This document shows positions 37,740 to 52,269 of a DNA stretch of 64,000 nucleotides, in pieces. Made by a program: the position numbers and the translations under genes. The notes beneath the pieces are model-generated. The model had not been told where the DNA came from. It made no database searches and was given only the letters and a program-made list of their open reading frames with translations. This stretch comes from Lama glama (Eukaryota), in NCBI GenBank assembly GCA_028534125.1, contig CM052818.1, positions 4,590,001-4,654,000 of the forward strand, written 5' to 3'. Each line of letters begins with the position of its first letter. Within the stretch, counting starts at the first letter, position 1.

Positions 37740-37999
37740 TCTCCACAATTTTAGACATACTTTCAATGGTCTATTTACTTAATGACATGGCTTGATGATG
37801 TACAAAGGACACTTGACTGAGAGAGAGATTCTTTCATCACTTTGTTATGAAATAGTGGGCAAACTGCCTATCTATTGTTGGGTCCATTGTTGAATCATAT
37901 CTGCCTTAATTCCCAGTGATGTTTGGATGATCAAATTTGGGAAATGCAGGTAAAAATGTTTTTAAAATATGGTGCTTTATCAATATGGGCTATAGTGTA

Positions 38000-38770
38000 A
38001 ATGTTACTGAAAAATGCAGGCCATGATTCCCCCATCAGTACTTGAGGCCAAAAAGACTTCCTCTTTTAGGTTCTCTTAACAAAGGATCCATATTGTAGGA
38101 TCTGACGTCTTATCAAAAGAGTTTATAGCTATACTCTTGGCTTTATCTTTAGACCGTGCTTTCTTGATCTTTGCTCAGAAGCCATTTCTTAATTTTAGCA
38201 TCGTTTGCCATCTGGAGAGGCTGGGGATATTCAAAACCAACAAATCGTGGTACCTTTCAGTTGAACAATTCTTTTAGTCTATTCTTTTCTTTTGCATTTT
38301 ACTAGAAGCAACAAAAAAGAAACCAGATGACACCTTCAACATTCTGGCTGAAAATCTTCTCGGCTAGATCATCCATTTCATTAGTTACATGTTCTACTTT
38401 CAATGTTACTGCAAGTGACAGCATTGCTAAATTTTCTACTGCTGCATAACAAGGATCCCCTTTCCTCCAGTTTCCAAAAAGAGGTTCTTCATTTTCCTCA
38501 CCAGTGGCCTCCTCAAAGTCCAGAGTTGTTCAAACAGTGCATTCCAGCTCTCACTAACTGTCTAATTCAAATCCTATAGCTTTGTAGCTTCTGCCCACTA
38601 CCTGGTTACAGAGTCATTCCATATTTTAGGTTTTTGTTACACCCAAACTCCAAGGTACCAAGATATGTATTAGTTGTCTCATGCTGAGCAACAAATCTTC
38701 AAATGCAGCATCTTAAAATAATAAACTTCTTCTCTCATAGTTCCTGTGGGTCAGGATGTTTGAGTTTAGA
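38000..38770 (-). mobile_element. MaLR internal-region remnant with adjacent LTR piece
   Basis: aattttctactgctgcataacaaggatcccctttcctccagtttcc and ccatattttaggtttttgttac...ggtaccaagatatgtattagtt are typical of the MaLR internal/LTR junction. Confidence 0.65.
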
Positions 38771-38795
38771 TTAAGAGTCAATTCTCTCCCTGCCA

Positions 38796-38831
<36 letters not shown>

Positions 38832-41077
38832 ATAGTACTGAAGGTGCTGAAACAGGTAACTTTTCCTGGCTACATCTGGAGGGCGCCGGAAGAGAAGCAT
38901 CTAGAATGTCGACCTCAGGACTCAGAGTCCCATTCTCCTCTCACTCCCTGCTGTGCTTTCTTTCAGGAGGACCAGCTCTGAGTCCCAGTCAGAGCTTAGG
39001 GCTCTGTGTAACAAAGTCCTGCTCAGGGAGTATGTTCTCGCAGCCTTGGTGTTGTCAGTGCTTCTCTGATTTCCATTTAGCATTTTGTTAAACTAATGGA
39101 GCTCACAGATGTTTGGCAGGAGACGTTAATCAGCTATTAATCACCAAATGGCTTCTCTGGAGCTTTTCTGGAATGAAAATGTCCCTGTTGTAATTGAAAT
39201 CATAGTTGCTTCCTGAACTTGGGTGGAGGGAAGGGCCAGAGTTAGACAGGGTGGGTCTCCTGCTGGGGAGGTTTGGCAGACATACCTCGGGGGCTTCTTT
39301 GTTTGTTCTGCTGCTGTTAGTAAGAAGAATGCAGCTGTTATTTTCCAGAGCTCATCAGGGTCTAAAGAAGTCAAGGAGAGGAGAAAAAGGTGGGTCACGT
39401 GATGTGCTGTGAGGAACCACACACTGGGCTCTCCCAAAGGCTCTAGTCCCAGCTCTGTGTCTAGGTGGCCCTGCCACGCCAGCCAGATGGCTTAACTTCT
39501 TGGCACTCAATGCTCTTATCTTTGAAAATCAGCCATTTTGACTAAAATCCCACTTTGGGATCTCCAAAACCTGTTCTGTAGAACGCATGGCCCAATGGAT
39601 GCTTTTGTGAACAAAGAATTTCTGGTCAAATGAGTTCAGAAACTCTATACACTATGTAAGCCTCTTGGAGATTCACGACAGACACCAGTGTAGTTACAAG
39701 AGTGAAAATGTGGTCAAATAAAATAAAACAAAGCAAAAAAACATGTTTAACCCAGCCCATGCCCAAATATGTTTGGATCATAGAACCCTTTGTTGGGTAA
39801 ATGTCTAGAAAAACTAGTAGAATGTGTTCCTGACTCTGATGTCTGTCTGATTTTCTGGTTTCTGAGTCAATTCCATTACTAGCTTTAGATTTTTCTCCTG
39901 GAAACATTCTTGTGCAATAAACTCCATCACCAACCCACCTGCCTCTCAACCGTAAGCCAAGACTCACATCTGATTTTGCAAACCTCTCCTTGACCCTACT
40001 GCTGACCTATGGCGATGGAAGGTTCTGGTCTATTCAATTCTACCATCCACGTCTCCCCATTGGGGCAGAAGACCATGTGGGCCAGGGACACTTTTTACTG
40101 TATAAAAATGAGAATGTAATTTATGAAAGTTGGATATAAAGAGCATTTGAAAAGTTAGTGACATGACTTTTGAGGATCAAATTCTGATTTTGAAATGACA
40201 ACCTCATCTTGTGACTTCACCGTTTAATTCAAGATACAGTTACTGCTCTAACTCTACCATCCCACAAAGAGAACCTGTGTATTTTGGGGAGTTAGCATGA
40301 TATTAGGCATTCGGGGGTTTTATTCTTTTCTTTTAGCTATGACTTGTCATCCTGGAATTTATTGTTTCAATCCAAAGCAATACTGTAGGTTTGCAGGGGC
40401 AATATACCTTTTTAGACCGGAATGTAAATTACTAGAATGGGGCAGCGATCTATGTAACTGTTAAGTCCTATTAGTCATGTTAGAGACCATTGATTTTGTA
40501 AGAAATTAGTTAAAACCATAGAGATCCATGTGAAGTCAAAATAGCCAGTGGCTCATCTTCTTGGCCACCTTTCATGATGAATTTTAGGATGAGAATTCTC
40601 GTGGAGGAGGAAAGATGAAGGAATCACTCAACCCTTAGGTAACAATATCTGGTTACTAATTTTGATTCCAGCCAGTTCTGAGTCATATATAGTTCCTGAT
40701 AAAATATGGTAGAGCTGGATGTCTGGTCCCTTTTTGATAAAGAAAAGCCTGTTTGATTATAGGCATAAAATCTACCTATGCAGGCACCATCACCAGTTCA
40801 TGTTCTTAAGCCAAATTTATTATTTACTTGGTTCTACATACTGAGAAATAAAACTGGTGACTGTACCATCAAACCATCAAGAGATTATCTATTAACCAAA
40901 CAGAACCCCACAACTTTACACTCACATCTCTTCTGCTGCTTGGAGAGGTTTGGTTTTGGTGGTTTTCCTGAGTCAATAGAATTCTTTGAGCCCATCGCCC
41001 TAGTGCATACTTCTGAGCCCAAGTTGATGTCAGGCGCTGACATGATCACGTGATAATGCTTTTTAACACCGGTGGAA

Positions 41078-41732
41078 CTCTAGTGGATGAAAAACTTCCT
41101 TCTACCCTCTTCGTTTCTGTGACTGGCCTAGAAATTAAACTGACATAAGAGAAAGAAACAAGAGGAAAGTGTACAAATGTGTTTAATGTGTTTACATGTA
41201 CTTGGCATTCTTCAGAAGAAAAATTAAGACCTGAAGAAGCTGTCAGGCTTTCTAGTGAGTGATAAATTGTGGGGATGTGACAAGACAAAGGGGTCTGGGC
41301 TAGAGGCAGTAAATTTGGGATAGTGACAAGAAAATATATGGGGGCAACTAGTGAAAGATACCGGTTGTTTCAGTAGGTTTTTCGGTAGATCCATTTTGGC
41401 ACGGACTCCCAGTCTCTGGTGATAAGAATGTTCTTCTCTGGGGGAGGGTATAGTGCCAGGGTAGAGTGCATGCTTGGCTCTGAACAAATTCAATCTCCAG
41501 TACCTCCATTTACACAAATAAATAAACCTAATTACCCACCCCCCCACCCTCAAAATAATATTCTTCTTTTTTTGGTACAGGGAGCACCTTTCCATGGGAA
41601 ATGGTACGACCTGCTTTTTGGTAGAAAGGGGAAGTCACTGAGCCTTTTCTCCACCTGCCATTTCTCCAGTGCCTCAAAATAATCAGTACACCAAAATGGC
41701 ATATTTTGGGTTGCACGTTCTGGACCCCTTCA
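41078..41732 (-). mobile_element. ERV1-class LTR containing a SINE
   Basis: aaattaaactgacataaga near one end and ccaaaatggcatattttgggttgcacgttctggacccccttca-like terminus at the other; related to pieces at 45.7-45.9 and 52.8-53.2 kb. Confidence 0.65.
41438..41553 (+). mobile_element. vic-1-type SINE (diverged, internally deleted head)
   Basis: ggggagggtatag...ttcaatctccagtacctcc...aaataaataaacctaattacc; TSD aagaatgttcttct / aataatattcttct. Confidence 0.85.
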
Positions 41733-42159
41733 AAATCCTGTTAGACGCCATGCAATACCTTAACTCATTTCACCTGGACTGTCCACTTGAGCTCTGCAGA
41801 AATCACTGAATTGTCCGTATGGATTCTTGCCACAGTTGTTCCATCTTCATGAGACTCTGTGTCATGGTGTCAAATAAAGGAGTTGGGCCAGATGGTCTCT
41901 TTGTTTCCTCGTAGCTCTGACATTCTGTGACTCCGAGAAAAAGAAATACCAAAAACTACTTTATTTTCATCTCCAGAGACTAGGTAAGAAATTGGCCGTA
42001 ATGTGGTAACATAAAATATTAAAACTTCTCTTGAAAACAGCTATTTTAAAGTCCTCTTGTCTCATCGCTCTGTTGCAAGCATCCATTGGAAATGGTCTTG
42101 CCCTTGTATTTCTTAGAGCAAAGTTGTCCCCGTTATCAAGGGCCCTGGTATAGTGCCAC

Positions 42160-42350
42160 ATGTGGGTTCAAATTCCATCTCACTGGGTGTGTGACTTAAG
42201 ACTGGTTACTTAACCTATCTGAATCTCAGTTTCCTCCTTTGTAGGGGGAAGTGGACATTTGTGGCATTTGCCTCCCAGGGTAGCTGGGAGGAGTAAATGA
42301 GTTAATCTATGCAAAGAGCCCAGCAGAGTGCTTGGCACAGTGATGCTCAG
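42160..42350. mobile_element. MIR SINE
   Basis: ggttcaaattcc...gtgtgact...ttacttaacctatctgaatctcagtttcctc core. Confidence 0.8.
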
Positions 42351-42546
42351 TATACCTGCCCCCAACTCAGCGTCTGGTCAAGAGACTTTTTTTATTCGAG
42401 GCTGGTCAGTGCCAAGCACATATCATTGGGGTGGTGGTGCTATCAGAAAAGTCTTTCTTTCACACCTGGGATTAGATGAACCATTTATTCCACCAAGGGG
42501 GCACAGAGAAGTGGAGGGTCGAAGGACCTCCGCTTATATGGACCAC

Positions 42547-43081
42547 TGAAACAGGAAGGAAGGGGGCAGGGCACAGCCATTAAAAGAATGACACAGCCAT
42601 TAGCACCAATATGGTAGAAGATTCAATTCCCAGTAGACCTTGACCTTCAGTATAGGCTCATTGAAATACAATAGCATGCTAAATGATGCTCCCACAGGTG
42701 CCAGGATAGTTTCAAGGCTGAAGTAAAAGGTCAAAGGGTGGGTGATGGCCCAGATCCTGGGAATCCCAGCCCCTTCCCCAAAGCAGTTGGAATCATCCTC
42801 CCACTTGTTAGCATAGGAAGTTACCAAAAACTGACAATCACCACACCTCGGGGCCAACTTCGTTTTTCCTAGTCAACTCCGTGCTCTGAGGCTGCCGCTT
42901 TCCTTTCTGAGTAAGATGGAGTGTGCATCTCTCTGAATAAATCTACTTTTACTCAACTATGGCTCACTCTTGAATACTTTCCCGCGTGAAGCCAAGGACC
43001 CTCACTTGGTGGGGTGCATCCCAGAGACTCGCCTGGGACCTGGGACATGGCCATCCTCTTGCACCCCATTTTTTCCTATCA
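42547..43081 (+). mobile_element. ERV1-class solo LTR
   Basis: TG...CA ends, 4-bp TSD ccac/ccat, AATAAA near 42936. Confidence 0.85.
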
Positions 43082-46000
43082 CCATGGCCTCCCTGGCTCT
43101 GGCAGAGCTGGAATGTCTCTCCTGATATCTAAGTCAGAGAATCCCAGAATCCTCTCAAATTGGGATTTAACCCCCCAGCAAAACATAACACAAATCTGGC
43201 AGTTGTTAATTTTAAACTTTGCCAGTAAGGATATTTACGAAAAACAAAAGTGACCTGAAAAAACAGAATCCCATTTTGAATCACAATCACTTCATAAAAG
43301 AAAGAACTTCTTAATATCAAAAGTAGGACAAACATAATAGGAATCTCCTTTAACTTGAATATATTTAGCCTTATAAAGAATTGATTACAGTGTCCTTATT
43401 TTAAAAAATGTGCCGTGGACTGGTAAAAATGTTGGTATAAGCTAGCACCTGTTCATGGAATGATGTTTGAGAACCAAAGCTTTGAGTCATATAAGGACAC
43501 TAGAAAGTGCAGGGAAAAAAATGAGGGAGATAAAATGAATAAAATTTTGGACAAAACGGTATTCTGTTTTCATCTTGTTTGTTGTATTTCGAGTCTCCGG
43601 TCCTTATCACTTGACTAAAATGTTTCAGAATAACACTTAAAATCGTGAGATAAATGTATTTTCCATTGATCAAAAGGCTAGTGACTTCTCTGCAGTTTAG
43701 AGCGGGATGATTTGCTCCGAACTCAGTTGGCCTCTGCAGTCCTTACGGAGAGTTCTTGCCTGTGGCCTGCTGGTGTCATTTGCATGCTACTCGTTTCTGT
43801 AATTGATCTTCCCAGCTCCCTTCAAACCTGGTGGGAGGCAGCTCTGAAATTAACTGAGGTTCGCGGAGTGGGGCCGCGCCAGTTGGGGGGCAGGTCACGT
43901 GGGCACTGTGGCACTGTCAGACTCTCCATCGCACTCTGCCCCGTGACCCCATGCTGCAGAATTCTGGTCAGCGTGCAGGTAAAATAGCCTTCATTGTCAC
44001 ACAGGTCAGCCAGGGTTTATCGTTGCCGATATGGCAAGAGAAGCTTAGTTTTGTCTTGTGTTAGGAGAAAAGTGGGAGTGCTATCAGTGGCGGGGCAGCT
44101 GGTGTTAGAATATGTACTTAGATTATATGCCATAAGCGGCTTCTGTCCATGTTGGGTCAGTGACATGTTGAGAGAGGGGGAGAGAGAAAGAAAATGTTCC
44201 TAAGTTTGACCACAGATCTGAATACATCTCTAACTAGAAGAATAACTGTTGTATTTATTCATGGATGATAGAGTGAAGCAACCCCAAGGTACCACAGACA
44301 TTTCTTATTCTTACTCTCAACATCTCCTAAGTGGAAATAAAGATTCAGAGAAGTTTAATGACTTGTCCAAGTTCACACCCTCGGAACAGGGTATAGAGTT
44401 GCACTGCCCAATATGGCAGCCATTAGCCACACATGGCCATTGAAACTGAAACTAGTTGAACAGTTCAGTTCACTAGCCACATCTCAAATGCTCACTGGCC
44501 ACCATATTGGACAGCACAGAAATAGAGCATTTCCATCGTTGCAGAAGGTTCTCTTAGCACAATATGAGAAACTCTTGGTCCAAGGTCTTTCCATTATTAC
44601 TGTAAGATTCCCCCTTCCTCCCTATGCACATGATCTGTACCTACAATTCTTGTACATAGTGGGAAGGGCATAATTTTGACATTAGTTTGGGAATAAAGTC
44701 AAAGCCTCCTATTCCTGCCCTCCTTTGAAAATGGGAACAACTTGAGTGAGTTTCCTAACTTTTCTAGAACTGGCCCTTACCTGTAAGCATTTTCCCCATC
44801 ACGCAGAATTATTAGAGCGGTGGTTTAGCAACGTGGTTGCTTTGACTTCAGGGTGCAACTTTTTCTTTAAAGCTAATATTGATCTGCCAGTGAATTCTTC
44901 AGAAAACCCACACAGCTCCTTGAGGACAAATTGGCCAAGGTGGTATGGTGTCACAGATAACTGAGGGCTTTAAATTAACACTGTAAATCTCAGGATTATG
45001 GGAGAAGAGCTAGCAAGTTTATTGAATGTCTCCCATCTGGCTGTTTCAAACAACTGCCTGACTGGCCCAGGGAGTGGTAGGTATGAGAACAGAAATTCAG
45101 GTATCAGGAAGTATTTAATAAAGAGTCAGTTTGGTACCTGTTCCCAGGGACCCCATTTTAAATTGATTTTTCTTATTGAGATCAACAACAGGATATTACG
45201 ATCTTGGCAACAGTGGGATAGGACCAGCCAAGGCTTTGGAGCCCAGCTCAGGGGCTGGAATGGGGGTGGAGGCGGGGTCTGGTGGATATCACAGGTTGAG
45301 GGAGACCTGGATTCAGGGATGTAGGATACTTCCCAGCATGATGTGGCCTGGTGAACAGGACTGTCCTCTGTTCCTATGGCAATTAGGGTATGCCTATTGG
45401 GTGTAGGCAGCCCAGAGTCTTTGGGTGTTGAGTAATTGGAAATTGCCTTTATCCTGATCTGTTATTTCTTATCGAGAATAGTGTGTCTAGGATATTTGAT
45501 AATATATCTTTTTGTTTTGTCTTGTTTTCCCTAAGAGCAATGTAGAATTGCATTAGGAAGCTGGAGGTGACATGGAGATGGCATATGCGCTCTTGCAACT
45601 CAAACTGTGGTCCATGGACCAGTAGCATCATCATCATGTTGGGGTAGTGATGGAATCCAACCATCTGCCCAGTCCCACTGGCATTTAAAAAACCCCAATA
45701 GAACCGTCCATACTTTCCTATAGAAGACCTAACCCTCCCCTGCCTTTTTTCTGTTGTTAGATTGGTATATAAACTTTTCCCTTTGAGTATTCATGGGGCT
45801 ACTCGTTACCGAGTAAATGCCTGTGCACTTGTAAGTAAACTTTGTTTTCCTCTTGTTAATCTGTTTATTGTCATTTAATTCACAGGCCCTGAGCACTTGA
45901 ACCTAAGTTATAGAGAACACATTTTTCTCCCAACAGTAGGAATAGGGAATCTTAAACTCTAGCCCATAGCTATGGAATAAGAATCAACATTTTAAGACTA

Positions 46001-46181
46001 TGAACTGTATGCAAGTTACAGTTTGGGAAGAAAGAGAGTTGGCAGCCTTTCTTTGTAAAGAACCAGAAAGTCAATCTTTTAGGCACCGTGGGCTATGTGG
46101 TTTCTGTCGCAATGACTCGGGTCTTGCCACTGTAGTACCAAAGCAGGCATAGACAACACTTACACAAATACATGTGGCCGT

Positions 46182-47205
<1,024 letters not shown>

Positions 47206-48269
47206 AGCTGTATTTCAATAAAACTTTGTTTTTGGACACTAACATTTAAATTTCATATGCTTTTCTGTTTCACAAACTATTCTTTTTTTTTTAACCATTT
47301 AAACATGCTTTTTTCAATCATTAAGGTTTTTTTCTCCAACCATCCTTAGCTTGCAGGCTGTGTACAAAAATAGGTAGCAGCTGGATTTGGCTCGTGGGCC
47401 TTAGTTTGCTGATCCCTGGTCTAGACAATTGTTTCGTTACTTTTTACATTTCATGGTACACATGGAAAATTATGTTGGCACAGCACACTGGGGTGAATGA
47501 GTGAGGCTACATGTGATTGGAGGTGCCCAGTTGGCAGAGGGTGGGGGCCTCTGGTTGCTCTGAGAGCTGAGAAGATTGGTAAGACTTCTTTCTATTCATG
47601 ACACAAAGCTGGGAGGCTGTGGTATAAACCAACCCCTTTCCATTACACACGAGGAAATGGTTTGTTCATCCTTTATCCCCAAGGCGCCTCCTGATGCCTG
47701 GCCTTCAAAGATCCTTCATGGGTGTTTTCTGAGTGAATACATGAGAAATGGCTTTCTGTTAATTAGCTAGGAAATGAGTTGCTTGTCCCCTGATCCAGGG
47801 CTCTTTTCTCTAAATAATTCGGGAAAATCAGGATTAAAAATTAAGTTTGTGTCTGAACTGGGGTTTACACTGGTTTGGTAACAGTGAGATGTTGAAACAT
47901 TTGAGATGCTGTCTGAGTCTCCATTCTCTTTCCTTCTTGGCTTAGAGGTCATGAAACATGTTATGAGACTGGCAAATGATAGAGCCTTTATCAGCCTGAG
48001 CTACTGAAAGACTATGAAGAGTCTCTACTGATTCATATGGTCTTATTGTCACAAGCTATGGAGAGTCTGTTTTGTTACCACGTAATAACTTAGGCTATCC
48101 TGACTGATACACTAGCACATAGATGATTCCTGAAGAGTCGAGGCCTAATGGCTAACAAGAGACATGGGAGAGAAAATTCTAGGGTTTGGGGCTAGATTTA
48201 AAGTCTCCCGATCAGTTGTAAACTTGTAGGGACCACGTCTCAGCCAACTTTAAATCCTTTGAATGAGAC

Positions 48270-48723
48270 TGTGACAGGTTATATTGTTCTTGCTAAAGTC
48301 ATATAGTGAAGTCTTAATCCCCAAGTATCCCAGAGTCATCACCTTATCTGAAATATGGTCTTTTCACAGAGGTGATCAAGTCAAAATGAGCTCGTTTGGG
48401 TGGTCTCTATCCAATATGACTGATGTCCTTATAAAAAGGGGAAATTTGGAGACAATCACAAAGGGAGAATGGCATGTGAAGACGAAGGCAGAAACTGGAG
48501 TGATGCTTCTATAAGCCAAGGACAACCGAAGATTGCCAGAAAATTGCACAAGCTAGGGGAGAAGAATGGAGTGGATTTCTCCTTACAGCCCTCAGAAGGA
48601 ACCTACCTGCCCATTTCTTGAACTTGGACTTCCACTCTCCAGCACTACGAGACAATAAATTTCCATTGTTTAAATCACCCAACTTGTGCTACTTTGTTAT
48701 GGCAGCCCTAGCAAACTAATGCA
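48270..48723 (+). mobile_element. MaLR LTR (MLT1B/C/D-type)
   Basis: tccaatatgactgatgtccttataaaaagggg...gagacaataaatttccattgtttaa...gttatggcagccctagcaaactaatgca. Confidence 0.88.
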
Positions 48724-48744
48724 AGGATTAAAAATTTTTTTGAT

Positions 48745-49630
48745 GATTTTTTCTTTTTTATCAGCTTTATTGCAATATAGTTCCCATACTATCCAACTTG
48801 CCCATTTAAATGTACAACTCAACTGGTTTTTATTATATATACAATAGTATGATTACTTTAAGAACACTGTTATCACCCCTAAAAGTAACCCTGTGCCCAT
48901 TAGCTCATAACCACCATCCCTGCTCCCCAACCCCCCTCCAGCCCTGAGCAGCCACTGATCTACTTTCTGTCTCTGTACGTTTGCCTATTCTAGACATTTC
49001 ATATAAATGGAATCACTCAGTACATGGTATTTTGTGACTGGCTTCTTTCACCTAGCATAATGTTTCACCTAGTGTATCAATGTTTCATTCATTTTTATGG
49101 CTGAATAATATTCCATTGTACTGCTATTGCACACTTTGTTTATTTTTTAATCAGTTGATGGACATTTGAGCTGTTTCCACCTTTTAGCTATTATGAATAC
49201 TGCTGCTGTGAACATTAGTGTGCAAGTCTTCCTCTGCTCGTGTGTTTTCATTGCTTTTGACTACATACCTAGGAGTGGAATTGCTTGGTCATGTCGTAAC
49301 AGCATGTTTAATATTTTGAGGAACTATTACCCAAAGCAGTTGCATCATTTTACATTCCCATCAGCAATGGAAAGATTCCAATTTTTCCACATCCTCATCG
49401 ACATTTGTTATGATCTGCCTTTTTAATTGTAGCTGTCCTAGTGTGTCTGAAGCTGTGTTTCGTTGTGGTTTTGATTGGTATTTCCCTAATGGCTAATGAT
49501 GTCAACATCCTTTCATGTGCATCATTTCATGTGCCTACTGGCCATTTATGTGTCTTCTTTGGAGAAATGTCTGTTCAAATCTTTTCCCCATTGTTGGATT
49601 GCTTGGCTATTTGTCTTTTTATTGTTATGT
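48745..49630 (-). mobile_element. Older L1M (L1MB-like) 3' fragment
   Basis: ctgatctactttctgtctct, ttgtgactggcttctttcac and ggagaaatgtctgttcaaatc are reverse-strand L1M motifs. Confidence 0.85.
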
Positions 49631-50972
49631 GAGGTGACTTTAGAGGTGGGGCACTCATTTCAATAAGACTACATTTGATTTTTTTTTAAACCAGCAAGAT
49701 GAGTGTACCATTTCTAGTTCCTGTAAGGTTCTGAGAGCTGGCTAAATTTGCTGGATATTTAGTCCCTTCCTTGAAGTAAGTGTTTGAAAATAGGATAAAA
49801 GCCTGGGAATTCTAAGCTGAGAAGGAGGAAGGAAATGAAGAGAACTGGGAAGCTTACTCACCAGTGAAGAATTTTGTCATTTCAAAAGTTTTGGGGCTCT
49901 CTCCTCTTTGTGTAACCCCTCCCAGGAGCCTCTTTCAGGATTCACACCAGCAGTCGAAGGGGGAAAGACTTTTCTTCTTACCCTTTCCTCTCCTCCCCTT
50001 CAAATAGTTCTCTGTGAGATCTGTGATGTGTTCGTTGCTGCCTCAAATTGTTGAACTCTGGATACAAGGGTGGGAGGTAAGTTGAATAATTCGTTCACCT
50101 CCGGCTGAACAGCTTCTGTCTTTGTTACCAGGACCAAAGAAGAACCTCTCCTTCCGACTATGCAAATCTAAAGCAGATAAATGTGAGCTATCAGGAGCCA
50201 ATTTGCTGGAAATCTTCCCCTCGGTAATTGGCTTCATATTTCAGCTCTTAGAAAAAGTCGACTCTCATTACCACCCCTGCCTTCTCCCCTCCAGGCCAGC
50301 AGAGAGAGAGGTAGGGTCCACCGGTGACAAGGAAGGGGAGAGACTGAAGCCCCAGATGAATTATTATTACTATTTCCTCTCTATTGGCTTCACTTCCAGG
50401 TGCCCTCTCTCAGTCATGCTTTCTCAAAGAACATCTCATCAGCCGCCTGGGGCCTCCTTGCCAATGGTAATCGTGTCCTTCCCGCCCCCGGCTCACTTTA
50501 CGGAGATAGGAAGTGACAGGCAGGGAGCCCTCCTGCTCCTGGGTTCTTGGGAGGGGAATACAAAGCGTTGTATCAGACACCGCCACCGGCCGGCTCTTTG
50601 GGGTTGCATTAGGCAGTCAAGCATTTTGCTGCCTGCTGAATGTCATCTCATTTAACATTTTGTTAAACAGCTTCTAAAGGTCTTAACAAGATGACAGATG
50701 GGCCATTGACGGGGTACTTAGTAGCTAAGTACCAGTTTGGCTGGGCTGGATTGTGTTTATTGTTCATTAAGTGTTATTTAAAGAACTCAATCGTGATGCC
50801 TCCCACCCCCTGCCCACCCCTCAGCGCACACTTTCTGCAGGACCCCAGGGTGTCGCATTAGAGGCCTGTTTCTATAGAAAAGCACAGTGGAAAGGAAAGG
50901 GTGGAGAGAGGCTCAGAAAGGAGAAGAAATGAGAAAAAAAGGGGAAAGAAGTGGAGGGAGGCAGAAAAAAGG

Positions 50973-50977
50973 ATGTG

Positions 50978-51022
<45 letters not shown>

Positions 51023-51041
51023 GCGCGCGCACGCGTGTGTG
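50973..51041. repeat. (TG)n microsatellite followed by a (GC)n/(AC) alternating tract
   Basis: About 22 TG units, then gcgcgcgcgcacgcgtgtgtg. Confidence 0.97.
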
Positions 51042-51177
51042 GTGAGGAGTAGCTGGAAGGGGTTATGGTTCAAAGGCAAATATAACAGCCAGATGAGACA
51101 GAGCCAAGTGGATTACTTCTGCAGAGGGCGAACCTGTCTCTCTAGGCTTCACTTTCAGAGAGGGTCACCCTCCGTCT

Positions 51178-51749
51178 TGTTCCCAACTCAGAAGAAGGTG
51201 TCACCCCCAAAAGGGGAAGGGAAAAGACCCCCATTCTTGTCATACCCAAAAGATAAGAATTCAGACGGGAGACAGAAGCCTCGTGTAGTGAAAGATTTTA
51301 CTAGCAGGAGCGAAAGAACACCTCCAAGAACGGGAGGCGGGCTGACCCAAGGGAGGGTGGCAGTGCTGGTCCTGGTTGGGTCCCCTGTCTTACACCCTCA
51401 CTTAGAGGTGGTCTCTGAATTGATTACCGGCTCTTGCTCCCGGAGTGCTTAGTCTTGCTCGTCCCCTTTTGCGCATGTCCTTACCCATGATGCGCACACA
51501 GAAACACATGGGGGTGGTCCTGAACTGCAATGCCCATTATATTACAATCAGCATTAGGTCACGTCGGGTTAGGTCCCTGTCACTACTGCACAGTTGCGGC
51601 TGTTGGGTTCTAACCAGTTTTTTGCTGGCATCATTTAGAGGAAGTAAAGCCCCCTTATGCTGAAGTTGGGCACAACGCCATCTTCCGGACCCTCCTCCCT
51701 CTCCTCCCCCTTATCTGCCCGGTGCCCCCACTTACCCACCTACCCAACA
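51178..51749 (-). mobile_element. ERV-type LTR
   Basis: LTR-like organisation with ttttgcgcatg...gatgcgcaca and a CA terminus (ctacccaaca); left boundary uncertain. Confidence 0.55.
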
Positions 51750-52269
51750 AAGGGAAGAGGGTGTCTCTGTGCTGTGGTAGCTACACCTCACACTGACCAC
51801 CACTGGCACTGCCCTCTTTTTGTGGCTCTTGTCTTCCCAGGTTACTTTAAGTGATAAAAGTTCAAGGACCCTCTTCACCTCCGCTTGCCCCAAGGAGGAG
51901 GTAACAATGGCTGGTGTAGAATGCCTCCTTTTGATTGGTCATGAAGTTCACCTACGGAGTACAGTCAGGTTGCTGCAGTTAAAAGATAAACGGAGGCATA
52001 TTAAAAATTTTGACTTTATTTCAACAAAGATCCATTGGGGTTGGACAGCACCAAACTAGAAATGGTTAGGGGAGCTCTAGCAACAGGAGCTGGGGAAAGA
52101 CTCACGGTCACGGAGATGGGGAAGAACACGGCACCCAGAATGGGCTGTTTCGGCGTGTGGATCCTTTCACGCTAAAGACAGCGCCTAGCAGATTCAGGAA
52201 GAGCTTCTTACCTCCCCCTCTGAGACCAAGCAGGACCCCACGGAACCCTATTGGGTACCAAATCCCCTT

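Noticed and set aside
50122..51452. 177-aa and 183-aa ORFs
   Set aside because: Non-ATG starts, microsatellite or LTR content, and no recognisable homology.
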